IMG/VR virus record: IMGVR_UViG_3300016371_000006
DNA from: an uncultured virus (IMG/VR IMGVR_UViG_3300016371_000006)
Taxonomy: Duplodnaviria; Heunggongvirae; Uroviricota; Caudoviricetes
DNA: 55,852 nt
Direction: 5' to 3' (one strand)
Part shown: in pieces, positions 47,980-55,852 of the stretch
Layout of the letters: each line of letters opens with the position of its first letter
Numbering within the stretch: position 1 is the stretch's first letter
The notes under the pieces: model-generated
What the model saw: the letters and a program-made list of their open reading frames with translations, nothing else
The model's database searches: none
What the model was told of the DNA's origin: nothing
Position numbers and translations under genes: made by a program

Positions 47980-48807
47980 ATGACCGAGCCGGTAATTGTC
48001 CGATACGAGTTCCGCTACACCACCATCAACACCGGTTTGCAAACCACCTTCCCGGTGGGCGGCATCTCCGAGAATGTGGCCTGCGGCATCAAATACGGCC
48101 TGCAAACCGTTTCCGAGATCACCGCCGTCACCGGCATGAAAATCGTGGAATCCAAGGAATACGTCGAGATCGGCGAACCCCCTGGGCCGATAGAACCACA
48201 CGGGCAGGTGCAGTTCCACAGCGCCAGCGTCGTCGCGAACAAGAACCAGAAGGTCTACAGCTACCAGCACACAATGCCCGATGAGCCGGACTCCGCGCTG
48301 ATCGTGGTGGGCACGTTCTGGACGGAGCGCGACCCGGCCGGTACTCATGTCATCAGTTGCGGCGACACCCCACTGGAGTCCAAGGGTAAAACCGACGAGC
48401 TGACTACCCCGTTCTGGGTCGAGGCATATGCGCTGCTTGCCCCGCCGTCCGGTGATCAAAGCATCGGCTGGGACTTCTCCGCCCAGGGCGGCAACATCAG
48501 CGTGCGGATGCAGTCGCTGGTCTACACCGGGGTGGCGTCTTGCGGCGCGTTCTTCAGCTCGGCCGGCAACGACAATCAGCCGGCACTCACCACACTCGGT
48601 GACCCTGGGCATCTGGTGGCGTGTGTGTTCGGCTTCGACGGCAGCCCGGTGGCGGTGCCCAGCTTCCCGGCCCAGATGGAGCGCGGCAAGAACTCGGCGT
48701 CGACACCGGTGGGGATCGAAACCCAGGACGGGCTGGGCACGTTCAGCGTCAACCTCGACAAGGCGACCGGCTGGGCGGGCGCGGGCCTGGCTCTGGTTCC
48801 GGCCTGA
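47980..48807 (+). CDS. Hypothetical tail-region protein
   Basis: 275 aa; SLVYTGV and C-terminal WAGAGL.L pattern. Confidence 0.65.
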   Translation: MTEPVIVRYEFRYTTINTGLQTTFPVGGISENVACGIKYGLQTVSEITAVTGMKIVESKEYVEIGEPPGPIEPHGQVQFHSASVVANKNQKVYSYQHTMPDEPDSALIVVGTFWTERDPAGTHVISCGDTPLESKGKTDELTTPFWVEAYALLAPPSGDQSIGWDFSAQGGNISVRMQSLVYTGVASCGAFFSSAGNDNQPALTTLGDPGHLVACVFGFDGSPVAVPSFPAQMERGKNSASTPVGIETQDGLGTFSVNLDKATGWAGAGLALVPA

Positions 48808-48808
48808 G

Positions 48809-49741
48809 ATGCCCGGCACGCTGAGCGCGACCGTGGCGCAGGCCGGGAGTGCGGCTGCCGCCCTGGCGGGTTCCGGCGCGCTGTCAGCCACGGCGGCCCT
48901 CGGCAGCAGCGTCGCCGCCGCGCTGTCGGGAGCCGGATCACTGACGGCGACCACCTTCATCGCCTTGAGTGAGACCAACATCGCACGCACCAACCAGCCC
49001 GTCCCCGCCGGAACATCAGGCTGCTACGTCACCCTCATCGGCGGCGGCGGCGGCGGGGGCTGCGGCTCCACAACGTCGGTGGTCGGTAGCGGCGGGGGAG
49101 GCGGTGCCCAGGTTGCGCGAACCTGGGTGCCGGTCGCCTCCCTCGGTTCCACCTACTCGGTCACGGTGGGGACGGCCGGCACGGGCGGCACCTCCACTCA
49201 GCCGCCGCCTTACGGCACGGCGGGCGGCAACTCAGTGTTCAGTTCGGGATCGGTTGTCTTGACCGCAGGCGGCGGCGGGTACGGCGGCACAGCTCTCAGC
49301 GCCCCCGGCGGTGCGGGCGGGACTGCCACCGCGACGGGCATCACCGCGTCGGCCCTCAACAACGGAACGGCGGGCGGGGCCAGTAGCAACTCCACGGCCC
49401 ATCCCGGTGTCTCCAATGCCACCGGTGCAGGCGCAGGCGGGGGAGGCGGCGGCGCGGGGATTGCCGGTGCCGCAGGCGCCGCCGGGGGCAACTCGGCAAC
49501 CGTCACGGGCGGTGCCGGAGGCGGCTGGGCGGCGGGGACAGGCGGAACGCCACCTTCTGCCGCAGCGGGGGCCGGGGGTGCAGGAGGAGGCGGCGGCGGT
49601 GGTAACTCGGGGCTTAGCGGTGCTGGTCCCGGCGGCAGTGGGGGAGCCTACGGCGGGGGAGGAGGAGGCGGTGGCGGCAGCAACAACGCGGGTGTCGGCG
49701 CGAACGGCGGCTCGGGCTACACCCTGGTCGAATGGCACTGA
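48809..49741 (+). CDS. Glycine-rich minor tail protein
   Basis: VTLIGGGGGGG, TYSVTVG.AG.GG, G.GG.GY.LVEW. Confidence 0.8.
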   Translation: MPGTLSATVAQAGSAAAALAGSGALSATAALGSSVAAALSGAGSLTATTFIALSETNIARTNQPVPAGTSGCYVTLIGGGGGGGCGSTTSVVGSGGGGGAQVARTWVPVASLGSTYSVTVGTAGTGGTSTQPPPYGTAGGNSVFSSGSVVLTAGGGGYGGTALSAPGGAGGTATATGITASALNNGTAGGASSNSTAHPGVSNATGAGAGGGGGGAGIAGAAGAAGGNSATVTGGAGGGWAAGTGGTPPSAAAGAGGAGGGGGGGNSGLSGAGPGGSGGAYGGGGGGGGGSNNAGVGANGGSGYTLVEWH

Positions 49742-49789
49742 CCGGCGTGGCATCGAAAAATTCACCAATCCAGATGGGAGTATCCGCAC

Positions 49790-50146
49790 ATGGCAATCGC
49801 AGTCACCACCACCAAGCAAACGATCTCCAACTATTACGCCACCTTGGGCACCTGGGTCGGGGCTGCCACCGGCAACCCCGGGTCCACCACCACCCCGGCG
49901 AACGAGGCGACCGGCGGTTCCCCCGCCTATGCGCGCCAGCAGACCACCTGGACGGCGGGCTCCGGTGGGGTGAACAACGGCAGCGCGGTCACCATCAACG
50001 TGCCAGCAGCGACTTACACATATATTTTACTTGCATCTGCGGCCACCGTCGCTGCGGCGAACATGATTGACAATGCGGCAATCACCTCGGTCGTGATGTC
50101 CGCTCAAGGTCAGTTAGTGGTTACGCCGACGTATACACAAACATAG
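49790..50146 (+). CDS. Small tail-associated protein
   Basis: NEATGGSPAYARQ..TW, VPAATY, VTPTYTQT. Confidence 0.75.
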   Translation: MAIAVTTTKQTISNYYATLGTWVGAATGNPGSTTTPANEATGGSPAYARQQTTWTAGSGGVNNGSAVTINVPAATYTYILLASAATVAAANMIDNAAITSVVMSAQGQLVVTPTYTQT

Positions 50147-50185
50147 GAACTGCGCGTACGCCGTATATGTGGTATCATCCCACAT

Positions 50186-50833
50186 GTGGAGCAATGGCGT
50201 GCAGTAGTTGGCTGGGAGACACTCTATGAGGTTAGCGACCTCGGCCAGGTCCGATCAATAGCCCGGCAAAGCATACGGGGAGATAGACCGTATACGATCC
50301 GGGGCCGCGTCCTCAAACCGCGCCGCGACACCAATGACCGCCTCGGTGTGATGCTGTATGACACCCAAGGAAAGGGGCACGAGCGCCGGGTGCATCTCCT
50401 TGTTCTGGAGGCGTTCGTCGGTCCCCGGCCAGCCGGCCTGGAGGGTTGTCATTGGGATGATGACCATGACAACAACCGGCTGGAAAATCTGCGATGGGCC
50501 ACCCGCAGCGAGAACGAGTACGACAAGGTTCGGAATGGCAACCAGTACAACGCGGTCAAGACCGAGTGCAAGAGCGGTCACGAGTTCACGCCGGAGAACA
50601 CCATTCTGCGCCCCGGCAAGAACGGCAGAACCTGGCGGCAATGCCGGGAATGCCTCCGCATCATCAACCGGGAGGCGCAACGGGAACGCCGCGCCAACCG
50701 GGGCAAGGTGTCAGGCTTGTGTGGTCAGTGCGGCAAGCCGCGCGACAACTTGCTGTTCAAACTGTGCGATTCCTGCCGCGCCCGTATCCGAAACGCGGCG
50801 CAGAAGCGTCGGCATCCGCCCGGTACGGCTTAA
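50186..50833 (+). CDS. NUMOD4-HNH homing endonuclease
   Basis: WR.V.G....YEVSDLG.VRS; VH.LVLEAFVGPRP; CHWDD...NNRLENLRW.T.SEN; TGGTATCAT extended -10 just upstream. Confidence 0.92.
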   Translation: MEQWRAVVGWETLYEVSDLGQVRSIARQSIRGDRPYTIRGRVLKPRRDTNDRLGVMLYDTQGKGHERRVHLLVLEAFVGPRPAGLEGCHWDDDHDNNRLENLRWATRSENEYDKVRNGNQYNAVKTECKSGHEFTPENTILRPGKNGRTWRQCRECLRIINREAQRERRANRGKVSGLCGQCGKPRDNLLFKLCDSCRARIRNAAQKRRHPPGTA

Positions 50834-50842
50834 ACTCCCTCC

Positions 50843-51244
50843 GTGACGACCGCTTCGTTCGACGGCGAAGGCCAGCTCCAGGGGAACAACGGCGGCGGCC
50901 TCGCCGGCGGCGAAGGTGTCCTCGGGTTCATCGTGTGGCCCACCCATGCGGGCGCGGTCAACACCAGGGGCGAGGAACCGATGTTCACCGTCGACTATGC
51001 CCGCGGCCAGATTTACTGGGCGCTCAACGAACACGGCCTGCTGCGCGGGCGCGCCATCATCAACGTCCCGGCCGGGGAATGGGCATGGATCATCTACTGC
51101 CACAACCCGCTGGAGCCGGGATTCATCACCGCGCAGAAACTCGCGCACACCCTGGTGCTGTACGAGGCCGGGACGATCGAGCTGTCCGAGATCACCGAAG
51201 ACGAAGTGAAACCGCTGAATCCCGACCCGGTGCTGCACGACTAG
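50843..51244 (+). CDS. Hypothetical protein
   Basis: 133 aa; DYARGQI.W. Confidence 0.65.
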   Translation: MTTASFDGEGQLQGNNGGGLAGGEGVLGFIVWPTHAGAVNTRGEEPMFTVDYARGQIYWALNEHGLLRGRAIINVPAGEWAWIIYCHNPLEPGFITAQKLAHTLVLYEAGTIELSEITEDEVKPLNPDPVLHD

Positions 51245-51280
51245 GGGTTCAACCGATGAACCCCTGCACAAGGAGGACAC

Positions 51281-51553
51281 ATGGCTACCGCGAAAACAGG
51301 CCCCGCCGAAGCGCCCGCCGAGACCGTTGCCGAGACCGCGCCACCCGAACCGGCGCCGCGCGCCCCGACGCCGGCCAACTACGGCGTCGGGTCGGTCAAA
51401 CGCGACCCCGCCAGCCTCGCCGTCGCGGTCCGCACCAACATCCCCGACCCCGACTCGGCGCACGACTGGGGCGTGATGACCGTCGACCGCGGCGGCCACT
51501 ACTCGCCCTGGGATGATGTGACGTCGTGGGACGACGTACTGATTCTTCCGTAG
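51281..51553 (+). CDS. Hypothetical protein (paralog family 1/3)
   Basis: AGGAGG RBS; Y.VGSVKR..AVRT..DW..GG..WDDV. Confidence 0.7.
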   Translation: MATAKTGPAEAPAETVAETAPPEPAPRAPTPANYGVGSVKRDPASLAVAVRTNIPDPDSAHDWGVMTVDRGGHYSPWDDVTSWDDVLILP

Positions 51554-51786
51554 TCGCGCCGCGCGACGTCACCCCGGCCAAGTACAAGGCGGGGTCGATC
51601 AAGCAGTGCGGCAACATCGGACCGGAGGCCTACACCATCGCGGTGCGTACCAGCCTGCCTGTCACCTATGACTTCGCCGGGAATCTCGTCGAGAACGACT
51701 GGTTTCGGATGCATCCCGACGGCGGTGGCTTCCTCTGCGGCTACGAGCAGGTCGAATACTGGCCCGACATCTATGTGGCACCATGA
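51526..51786 (+). CDS. Hypothetical protein (paralog family 2/3)
   Basis: Y.AGSIK..AVRT..DW..GG..W.D; start uncertain. Confidence 0.6.
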   Translation: MGRRTDSSVVAPRDVTPAKYKAGSIKQCGNIGPEAYTIAVRTSLPVTYDFAGNLVENDWFRMHPDGGGFLCGYEQVEYWPDIYVAP

Positions 51787-52190
51787 CCGCCCCGTATCCG
51801 CCGCTGCCCGTCCCGGGACCGGCCAATCCCACCCACACCCCGACCCCGGCCCAGTATCAGGTCGGCGCGGTGCGCCGCAACACCAGCACCGGCGCGGCCG
51901 CGGTCCGCGCGAGCTACCCCACCACCGACGGCACCCTGGACTGGCTGGTGGCGACCACCAACTACGGCGGCTACTTCGCGTCCTGGGACGACGTCGGCGT
52001 CTCCGGGTGGGTCGACGTCCCGGCCGCATTCCTGGTCGGCACCGGCAGCCTGTCGGCGACCGTCATGGCGCGGCGCTCGGTCGCGGCCGCGTTCGCCGCT
52101 GAGGGCACCCTGTCGGCGACCGTCACCAAGGTCGCCGACCGCACGGCGGCGTTCACCGGCGACGGCACCCTGTCCGCCACGGCCACCTAG
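51783..52190 (+). CDS. Hypothetical protein (paralog family 3/3) with G.LSAT repeats
   Basis: YQVGAVRR..AVRA..DW..GG..WDDV plus 3 G.LSAT repeats. Confidence 0.7.
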   Translation: MTAPYPPLPVPGPANPTHTPTPAQYQVGAVRRNTSTGAAAVRASYPTTDGTLDWLVATTNYGGYFASWDDVGVSGWVDVPAAFLVGTGSLSATVMARRSVAAAFAAEGTLSATVTKVADRTAAFTGDGTLSATAT

Positions 52191-52202
52191 AAAGGAACCA
52201 GC

Positions 52203-52418
52203 ATGACCGCACACCCCACAACCCGCAACGGCACCGCGTCGGCGGCCAAGATCGCCGAGCTCGAGGGCCAGGTCGCCCTGCTGAACTGGTGCGTCGCCGA
52301 GCAGCGCCAGCAGATCATCCGGATGGGCATGACGCTCGCGGCGATGCTGGCCCAGCAGATGCAGCCGCAGATGCAGCAGACAGTGTTAAACCAACTGTTA
52401 GGCAACACGCCGCAGTAA
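52203..52418 (+). CDS. Small coiled-coil protein
   Basis: AAAGGA RBS; Gln-rich helix. Confidence 0.6.
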   Translation: MTAHPTTRNGTASAAKIAELEGQVALLNWCVAEQRQQIIRMGMTLAAMLAQQMQPQMQQTVLNQLLGNTPQ

Positions 52419-52443
52419 CGACAGCGCGCTGCTAATACGGCGT

Positions 52444-53964
52444 GTGACGATGACGGGCATGCCGCATTACACCTCTGATGACATCGCGTCGGGCATCATC
52501 GCCGAGGGGGAGCGCCGCGGTATCACCGAAAAGGGGATCTGCATCGCGATCAGCACGGGCCTGGTCGAGACCAACCTGGTCATGTACGCCAACCACGCTG
52601 ACCCTGAATCGCTGAGTTATCCCCACGATGCGATCGGGTCGGACGCCAACAGTGTCGGCGTGTTCCAGCAGCGTGACCCCTGGTGGGGCACCTGCTACGA
52701 CCGGATGCACGTCGAACCCTCGGCGGGCATGTTCTACGGGGAGCTCGTCAAGCATGACTACAACTCCGACGCCCACAGCCCGGGCTACTACGCCCAGCAG
52801 GTGCAGCAGAGCGCCTACCCCGACCGCTACGACGAACGCTACCCGGAGGCGTGCAACATCTTCGCCCGCCTGACCGGCCAGGACTACACAGGAGGACTAC
52901 CGCTCGTGGGTGAGAAAGTATTGGATTACGACCACAACATCGTCGGGCAGGAGACCGGGTACTGGTGCGGCCCGGCGTCGGCGCAGGTCTGCCTTTCCAT
53001 CCGGGGCATCTTCGTCGATGAGGCGACCCTGGCCTCTGAGATGGGCACCGACCAGGGCGGTACCGACTACGTCGCGCTGATCGAACGCTCCCTGGACCCC
53101 CGGCTGCCCGAGGCGCACTACACCAGCGTGGACGCGCCGCACGACCCGCCCACCCCGGAGGAGAAGGAGCGGCTGTGGGACGGCATCCTGCGCAGCATCA
53201 ACGCCGGCTACGGCATCGTGATGAACTGGGTCGCCCCGGCGGGCAACTACCCGATCGGGATCAAGGGAAGCCAGTCGCAGAACTACGGCGGCGGGACGAT
53301 CTACCACGATGGGAGCTGTGCGGGCGAGGACGACAATTCCACACACCGAGCCGTGTCGATCGCCGATTCCGGGTTCCAGCCACCGGGCTACTGGATCTCC
53401 TTTGATCAGTGCGCCACCCTCATCCCGCCCAAGGCCCTGTGTTACGCCAACCTGCCCCACCCCACCCCGGAGGAGCCCGTGCCCGAGTACACCAACCTGT
53501 CCTACGAGCAGCTGTGCGGGCCGATCGGCCCCGACGGCTACGGCACCGGCTGGCCGCAGCTCGGCCAGAACGAGGCCGGCCAGAACCTCTACGTCGTCGA
53601 CGCGCTCTCCGACATCCTGCATCTGCTGGAGCACGGCAGAACCTCTGAACAGCTCTACACCAGCCCGGCCAGTGTGCCCGACTACACCCAACTGACCTAC
53701 GAGCAGTTGGCCGGCGCGGTCGGCGAGGACGGCTACGGGCACGGCTGGCCCCAGCTGGGCGGGCGCAGCATCACCGACGCGGTCGCGCACATCAAAAATG
53801 TGCTCGCCGAGGCGGGAAGTGAGCCCCCTTTCCGGATAGACCGCCAGGTGGCGGCGGTGGAGGGGGAAGGCCGCCTGACGGCGGACGTCCAGGCGGTCGT
53901 CCTGCCATCCTCACTTTCGGGGGAACCTGGGCCGCCCCCGGCACCGGATACCCCTCCGACGTAG
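52444..53964 (+). CDS. lysA: Lysin A: lysozyme-like domain, C39-like peptidase, C-terminal repeats
   Basis: LVETNL...SVGVFQQR...VQ.SAYPDRY; QETGYWCGPAS, ADSGF; two L.YEQL...GWPQLG repeats. Confidence 0.85.
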   Translation: MTMTGMPHYTSDDIASGIIAEGERRGITEKGICIAISTGLVETNLVMYANHADPESLSYPHDAIGSDANSVGVFQQRDPWWGTCYDRMHVEPSAGMFYGELVKHDYNSDAHSPGYYAQQVQQSAYPDRYDERYPEACNIFARLTGQDYTGGLPLVGEKVLDYDHNIVGQETGYWCGPASAQVCLSIRGIFVDEATLASEMGTDQGGTDYVALIERSLDPRLPEAHYTSVDAPHDPPTPEEKERLWDGILRSINAGYGIVMNWVAPAGNYPIGIKGSQSQNYGGGTIYHDGSCAGEDDNSTHRAVSIADSGFQPPGYWISFDQCATLIPPKALCYANLPHPTPEEPVPEYTNLSYEQLCGPIGPDGYGTGWPQLGQNEAGQNLYVVDALSDILHLLEHGRTSEQLYTSPASVPDYTQLTYEQLAGAVGEDGYGHGWPQLGGRSITDAVAHIKNVLAEAGSEPPFRIDRQVAAVEGEGRLTADVQAVVLPSSLSGEPGPPPAPDTPPT

Positions 53965-54848
53965 CCCGCGCGTGCGCCGACGTCGCCGACGAGATCCCCG
54001 TGCAGGGGCCGAACAGCTTCGGCCCCATCCCGCCCTACACCCACGGGGAGGGGATGCGCGCCCCGAGCTATCAGGAGTCGGTGACGATCAGCGTGGACTG
54101 GGCGGTGGACTGGACGCTGACCAACGCCGACCGCCCGGTGATCCCCGGCGGCTACAGCCAGGGCGGGGAAGCCGCTTCGCGCTACCGGATGGAATTCGAG
54201 CAAGGCGGGCGGCTCGAGCATCTGAAGCGAAACTTCGTGTGCGGCTACGTCTTTGGCAACCCCAGCCGTTTCGAGCAGCACACCTACTACGGCGGACCCG
54301 CGACCCCGTTCGAGGGTATCGCGGAGTTCCGGCTGCCGCGGCGGGTGTGCGGCGACGAATGGTGCGAACTCATCGACCCCGGTGACCTCTACGGCACCAG
54401 CGCGCGCGGGCTGACCGGTGAGATCCAGCGCGACGTCTACAGCCTGTGCACCGAGATGGAGCTGCACTCGGGAGTGCGGGAATTCACCGAGACGTTCGTG
54501 GCCAACCTGCTGGAGGTGGCCCGCAACCTCGACGGCGACGCCTACGACGACCTCGAGGCCGGTATCGCGCGCTACGACGTCAGCCTGGACCGCGCGGTGG
54601 CGATCGCCCCCGAACGGTTCACCCCGCTGATCCAGAAGCTGACCTCCGATGACCGGCTGGTCACGGTGCGCGGCATCACTGCGGCCATCGCCGCCGGGAT
54701 CGACGCGCTGATCTTCTTCTGCACCGCCCCGCCGACCGCGGCCCACATCGAGTACCACTTCCGTGAGGTGTGGCCGGGCATGACCTACGTCGGGCTGGGC
54801 ATCCAGCACGTCCACGACTGGGTGGCCCAATATGCGGCGCAGCGGTGA
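53826..54848 (+). CDS. lysB: Lysin B-like serine esterase (cutinase/PE-PPE-like); frame open from 53823, first GTG at 54000
   Basis: GYSQGG, FGNPSR, GDLY, H.EY; N-terminal strand AILTFGGTW lies upstream of any start codon. Confidence 0.75.
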   Translation, partial: PFPDRPPGGGGGGGRPPDGGRPGGRPAILTFGGTWAAPGTGYPSDVARACADVADEIPVQGPNSFGPIPPYTHGEGMRAPSYQESVTISVDWAVDWTLTNADRPVIPGGYSQGGEAASRYRMEFEQGGRLEHLKRNFVCGYVFGNPSRFEQHTYYGGPATPFEGIAEFRLPRRVCGDEWCELIDPGDLYGTSARGLTGEIQRDVYSLCTEMELHSGVREFTETFVANLLEVARNLDGDAYDDLEAGIARYDVSLDRAVAIAPERFTPLIQKLTSDDRLVTVRGITAAIAAGIDALIFFCTAPPTAAHIEYHFREVWPGMTYVGLGIQHVHDWVAQYAAQR

Positions 54849-54937
54849 CACTGTGCAGCAGGTGGCGGGCCAGGAAAACTCGCAGCGTCGTCACCGTCCG
54901 GTACGACGGTTTCACTGTGACATGTAAAGGAGAGAAG

Positions 54938-55276
54938 ATGGCCTACAGTCTGCCTGCGGGTATGCAGGTCCAGGTGCAGGTGAGCTATGTGGACGCGAAC
55001 GGCAACCCGGCCACCGTGGACGGCCTGGTGTCCTGGGGCGCCAGCGACGCCGCCACCGTCGCCGTGGTGGTGGACGCCAGCGATTCCACCCTGGCCACCG
55101 TCCAGGCGATCGGTGGTCTGGGGCAGGCCCAGGTGACCGCCACCGCGGACGCGGACCTGGGAACCGGGACCAAGCCGCTGGTCACGTTGATGGATGTGAC
55201 GGTGGTGGCCGGTGAGGCGGTGGCCGGGACGATCTCCCCGGTCGGCGAGCCGAGCGACATCACCCCGCCGGCCTAG
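54938..55276 (+). CDS. Small beta-rich (Ig-like) protein
   Basis: AAGGAGA RBS; YVDA.GNP, G.AQVTATAD; possible upstream start at 54845. Confidence 0.65.
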   Translation: MAYSLPAGMQVQVQVSYVDANGNPATVDGLVSWGASDAATVAVVVDASDSTLATVQAIGGLGQAQVTATADADLGTGTKPLVTLMDVTVVAGEAVAGTISPVGEPSDITPPA

Positions 55277-55851
55277 GGCGGTGGCGGCCCCGGTGGGTTG
55301 AACGGCCCCGGGGGCGGCCCCACCGGCTGCCCGAACGGGACGGGCGCGGACTCCACCGGCACCGGTCCCGGCGGTGCGGCGGGCAGTCCGGGCGGCCCGG
55401 GCGGCAGCGGCGCTGGGGGGGCCACCACCTCCGGGGCCGGCGGCGGCGGCGGCCCGACCTGTCCGGCCGGCGCCAGCCCGGGCGGCGGCCAGACATCGTT
55501 GGGCGTCGGCCCGGCAATCGCGAACGGCACCCCCCAGCCATCAGGAATAATGTCTGGATCAGGGAGTTTAGGGTGGTCGGGCTGACCCGGCCACACCCGC
55601 CAGCAATTCCACACCGTCAGCAGCGGCGTGAAACCGCCCCACTCGCAATGGATGTGACCGACGCCTTCGGTGGTGGCGCTCAGCTTGACGGGGATGAAGT
55701 CGAAGTCACAGTAGCCGCCGCCGCCGCCGACCGCGCCGCCGGCCGCACCGACCCCGGGGCACAGGAAGATCGCGGGCGCCCCCGGGTTGGAGATCCCGAA
55801 GGCGGGGGAGAAGATTCCGCCGCCTCCAGGGCCGCTCTCGTTGCCACAGAT
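55273..55851 (-). CDS. Pro/Gly-rich Cys-containing protein (5'-partial)
   Basis: Frame stays open to the window end: ...CPGVG...GYCDFDF...HCEWGG...WNCWRVW...PPPP. Confidence 0.6.
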   Translation of the reverse strand: MCGNESGPGGGGIFSPAFGISNPGAPAIFLCPGVGAAGGAVGGGGGYCDFDFIPVKLSATTEGVGHIHCEWGGFTPLLTVWNCWRVWPGQPDHPKLPDPDIIPDGWGVPFAIAGPTPNDVWPPPGLAPAGQVGPPPPPAPEVVAPPAPLPPGPPGLPAAPPGPVPVESAPVPFGQPVGPPPGPFNPPGPPPP

Positions 55852-55852
55852 A

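Noticed and set aside
39146..49741. Diversity-generating retroelement or invertible cassette in tail genes
   Set aside because: No RT, recombinase, adenine-specific repeat pair or flanking inverted repeats noticed
53300..53360. Divergent stretch after the peptidase His (YHDGSCAGEDD) as targeted diversification
   Set aside because: No template repeat or reverse transcriptase seen; could be drift or low-quality base calls, which also warrants a read check at the nearby frameshift
52203..55276. Holin in the lysis cassette
   Set aside because: No ORF here has convincing TM helices; TM proteins occur only elsewhere (4113, 5686, 12196)
1..55852. CRISPR array, integrase or IS element
   Set aside because: No regularly spaced direct repeats, recombinase or transposase motifs seen in this window

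Overview
GC-rich actinobacteriophage segment, most consistent with a mycobacteriophage-like siphovirus or prophage; almost everything is on the + strand. In order: the tail of an HNH gene; a cluster of 3 glycosyltransferases and 2 SAM methyltransferases; a possible HTH/small terminase; a ~4.2-kb array of 30 tRNA genes covering all 20 amino acids, interrupted by a minus-strand methyltransferase and interleaved with structured non-tRNA units; terminase, portal, an extended prohead protease and an HK97-type capsid; head-tail genes, a stand-alone HAD phosphatase and an HNH-like gene; major tail protein and a frameshifting tail chaperone; a 2951-aa multi-enzyme tape measure; many minor tail and receptor-binding modules; a NUMOD4-HNH; lysin A and a lysin B-like gene. 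Best leads: (1) two covarying copies of an unrecognised tRNA-sized RNA lacking a D-arm, one directly behind a perfect PafBC/RecA-NDp-type promoter motif; (2) a lysin B-like domain with no start codon of its own, reachable from lysin A by a -1 frameshift at C_CCT_TTC; (3) a recurring GTGTCC-N6-GGACAC operator-like palindrome. All calls are from reading the sequence by eye; no searches or folding programs were run.
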